Source of the DNA: Nitrospiria bacterium
Lineage (GTDB): Bacteria; Nitrospirota; Nitrospiria; SBBL01; JAADHI01
Direction of reading: 5' to 3'
NCBI GenBank assembly: GCA_945787655.1
Contig: CALZIJ010000009.1
Location: forward strand, 3,588 to 67,587
DNA: 64,000 nt
Shown piece by piece: positions 61,658-64,000 of this stretch. A program made the position numbers and the translations under genes. Numbering within the stretch: position 1 is the stretch's first letter; the number at the start of each line of letters is the position of its first letter. Below the pieces are notes generated by a model. The model was not told the origin of the DNA, searched no databases, and saw nothing but the letters and a program-made list of their open reading frames with translations.

Positions 61658-63820
61658 TCACTTACTGCCTCTCCTCCTCCGGGGTAGCTTCCGTCCTTCC
61701 GCCAATTTCAAATCAATCTGCCAATTTTCTGTATCCACTTCTGCGATAAGCACCTCTATTGACTGGCCCAGACGATAAGCCCGCCGATGTGACCGGCCAA
61801 TGAGGGCGTGACGCTTTTCATCAAAAATATAATAATCGTCGAGCAGGCTGCTCATGCGTACCAGGCCTTCCACAAAATAGGCCTCCAATTGCACAAAAAA
61901 ACCATAGGCGGTCACACCGGAAATAATCCCGGTATGTTGTTCCCCAACCTTGTCCGTCATGAATTTCACCTGCTTGCGTTTGATCACTTCCCGTTCGGCA
62001 TCGACCGCAAGACGCTCCCGTTTCGAGCAATGCAAGGCGATTTCCGGTAATTTTTTTTGCCAGTGTGTTTGTTCCCTTTTTCCCAATGTTTTATTCATGA
62101 CGCTTTTCAGGAGACGGTGCACAATTAAATCGGGGTAGCGCCGGATGGGTGAGGTAAAGTGTGTGTACGCTTCGGAAGCCAAGCCAAAATGTCCGTGATT
62201 CTCAAAGGCATAACGGGCCTGCTGCATCGAACGCAGCACCACCTTGTGCATTAAATGTTCCTCTGGCCTCCCCTCAACGGCCTTTAAAATCTCCGAGAAA
62301 CCCTTGGGGCTAACCTTTTCTCCCAAGCGGGTTATTAATCCAAACTGACGGAGCAGGTCGTTCAGGGTTTCAATGCGGTCTTTAGGCGGCTGATCATGGA
62401 TGCGGTAAAGAAAGGGCACCTCCCGCCGCGTCATTTCTTCTGCAATGGTTTCATTGGCGGCGAGCATGAATTCCTCGATGATCTTGTGGGCGATGTTGCG
62501 CTGCTCCCGAATAATATTGATGGTCTCTCCGCCTGCATCCAGAATAATTTCGGCTTCAGGCAAGTCAAAATCGATACTCCCTTTTTCCAGGCGGTGTGCC
62601 CGGAGTTTAACGGCCAATGCATGCATGGCATCAAATTGCGGCAACAGTGCGGTATATTCCGCTCGAACAGCCGGATCTTTGGCTTCTACAATTTGATGGA
62701 CGGTGGTATAGGTCATGCGGGCATCACTGCGAATCACACTTTCAAACAATCGGTGAGAAAGCGGCAAACCCTCTGCTGAAAAATGCATTTCGGCGGTCAG
62801 GGTCAGTCGGTCTTCTTTCGGTTTAAGGCTGCAAATGCCGTTGGACAGCTTTTCCGGAAACATCGGCACCACCACATCGGGAAAATAGATCGAGGTGCCT
62901 CGGGAAAAGGCTTCCCGAGCCAGGGCACTGTCCTCTTTCACATAGTGGGCCACATCGGCAATATGCACCCAAAGACAATATCCCCCGTGTTTCTGTACTT
63001 CGATCGAGATGGCATCGTCAAAATCCCGCGCCCGTTCCCCGTCAATCGTCACCGTGGGCAGCGACCTGAAGTCCATACGTCCTTCACACATATTTTCCGT
63101 TACCGATTCGACAATCTGATCGGCTTCCGCCAAAACCGCATCTGTAAAATGCGGAGAGATTTCATAGGCTGCAATGACGGTGTCCGTATCGATTTCAGAG
63201 TCTTCGAGCCGACCCAGTATCTTGACGACACGACCTTCCGGACCCCGGCCTTTTGTCGGATAGCTTAAAATTTCAGCCATGACCACGTCTCCGTCTTCCG
63301 CTCGGCCAACCTGATCCAAAGGGATGCAGATATCATGAATCAAACGGCGATCCGACGGGATGACATAAGCCAGATCCCGCCCGGACTCAAAACGTCCGAC
63401 AATCTGATGATGGGCGCGCTCCAGGATACGAATAATGCTGCCCTCTCGGCGTCCTTCTCCTTTATGCCGTTCAATACGGGCCACCACCCGGTCACCATGC
63501 ATGGCTTCATGATATTTTCTGTCCCCAATGTACACGTCCGAAACGGGACTGCCTTCTTCAGGGATTTTATCGGGGATGACAAAACCATAACCGTCTCGAT
63601 GGCCCCTGAACTGGCCCGACACAAGGTCCATTTTTTGAGGAAGACCGTACCGGCGCCCGCGAAGCCGGATGATTTCGCCTTCGCGCACCATACGGCGCAG
63701 TAATTTCTTCACCTCATCCCGGTCTTCCCGATGTAATTTCAACAGGTTCATTAATTCCTTAACCAGGAGGGGCCGCTCCGATCGGGAAACCGTCTTGAGT
63801 ATTGCTTCTCTTTTTGTCAT
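61658..63820 (-). CDS. rnr: Ribonuclease R
   Basis: 720 aa. Cold-shock-like N-terminal domains. RNB core (DGERARDFDDA, FTSPIRRYPDLIVHR). C-terminal S1 domain (GIISGVTAYGFFVQL). Basic tail. Confidence 0.95.
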   Translation of the reverse strand: MTKREAILKTVSRSERPLLVKELMNLLKLHREDRDEVKKLLRRMVREGEIIRLRGRRYGLPQKMDLVSGQFRGHRDGYGFVIPDKIPEEGSPVSDVYIGDRKYHEAMHGDRVVARIERHKGEGRREGSIIRILERAHHQIVGRFESGRDLAYVIPSDRRLIHDICIPLDQVGRAEDGDVVMAEILSYPTKGRGPEGRVVKILGRLEDSEIDTDTVIAAYEISPHFTDAVLAEADQIVESVTENMCEGRMDFRSLPTVTIDGERARDFDDAISIEVQKHGGYCLWVHIADVAHYVKEDSALAREAFSRGTSIYFPDVVVPMFPEKLSNGICSLKPKEDRLTLTAEMHFSAEGLPLSHRLFESVIRSDARMTYTTVHQIVEAKDPAVRAEYTALLPQFDAMHALAVKLRAHRLEKGSIDFDLPEAEIILDAGGETINIIREQRNIAHKIIEEFMLAANETIAEEMTRREVPFLYRIHDQPPKDRIETLNDLLRQFGLITRLGEKVSPKGFSEILKAVEGRPEEHLMHKVVLRSMQQARYAFENHGHFGLASEAYTHFTSPIRRYPDLIVHRLLKSVMNKTLGKREQTHWQKKLPEIALHCSKRERLAVDAEREVIKRKQVKFMTDKVGEQHTGIISGVTAYGFFVQLEAYFVEGLVRMSSLLDDYYIFDEKRHALIGRSHRRAYRLGQSIEVLIAEVDTENWQIDLKLAEGRKLPRRRRGSK

Positions 63821-64000
63821 ATTTTAAATACACCTTTAAGACTTTGAAGCAAATTATACGGAAGTACTTTATCCACGGCAACAGACGAATGTTCGCCCGC
63901 AATCCGAAAACCAAAACATCCGCATGGGGGGAGCATTAAGAAATCGGCAGAGTCTCACATGCGGCCATTTTGCCGGGATAGCTCAATTTCAAAGAGACGC

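Noticed and set aside
63972-64000. tRNA-like 5' sequence GCCGGGATAGCTCAAT... at the window edge
   Set aside because: The would-be D-loop (AATTTCAAA) lacks the conserved GG, and the D-stem does not close (GCTC vs GAGA). It is truncated by the window end, so it cannot be supported.
1-64000. Mobile elements, CRISPR arrays, toxin-antitoxin or known phage-defence gene sets
   Set aside because: No transposase, integrase or recombinase-like ORF. No regularly spaced direct repeats. No nuclease/ATPase/methylase combinations. The patatin gene sits in a metabolic-looking cluster without cyclase or sensor partners, so a CBASS-type reading is not supported.

Overview
Densely coding 64-kb stretch of a diderm (Gram-negative-type) bacterial chromosome. 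About 58 protein genes are supported. By eye I recognise no rRNA, tRNA, CRISPR array, transposase or prophage gene. Most of the window is housekeeping in conserved blocks: purM-purN; uppS-cdsA-dxr-rseP-ispG-hemH; gmhA-rsmI; scpA-scpB; argS-tgt-yajC-secD-secF; thyA-folA; mutS; yggX-nth; rnr. Three blocks look accessory. (1) 1-6.5 kb is a phosphate-starvation/arsenic island: PhoB-tail, PhoR-like kinase, porin, HAD/phosphodiesterase-like fusion, MIP channel translationally coupled to an LMW-PTP ArsC, and PsiE. (2) 18.0-32.2 kb is the stand-out. It is an eight-gene minus-strand operon encoding three paralogous multihaem cytochromes c (5, 4 and 11+1 haem motifs), two six-bladed NHL-repeat lipoproteins, a rotamase-less SurA-like chaperone, a 623-aa outer-membrane beta-barrel and a membrane-anchored FGE/SUMF1-domain protein. 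It faces two divergently transcribed c7-type trihaem cytochromes and is followed by secreted YD-like and Reg_prop propeller proteins. I read this as a porin-cytochrome-like extracellular electron-transfer system whose composition matches no characterised conduit. (3) 50.0-56.0 kb is a four-gene cluster (cholesterol-oxidase-like GMC flavoenzyme, alpha/beta hydrolase, acetoacetate-decarboxylase-like protein, patatin lipase). Its first and last proteins carry the same roughly 200-aa C-terminal domain of unknown function. All functional calls rest on motifs read by eye from the supplied ORF translations and from the DNA. No database search, HMM scan or structure prediction could be run, so family names are recollections to be verified.
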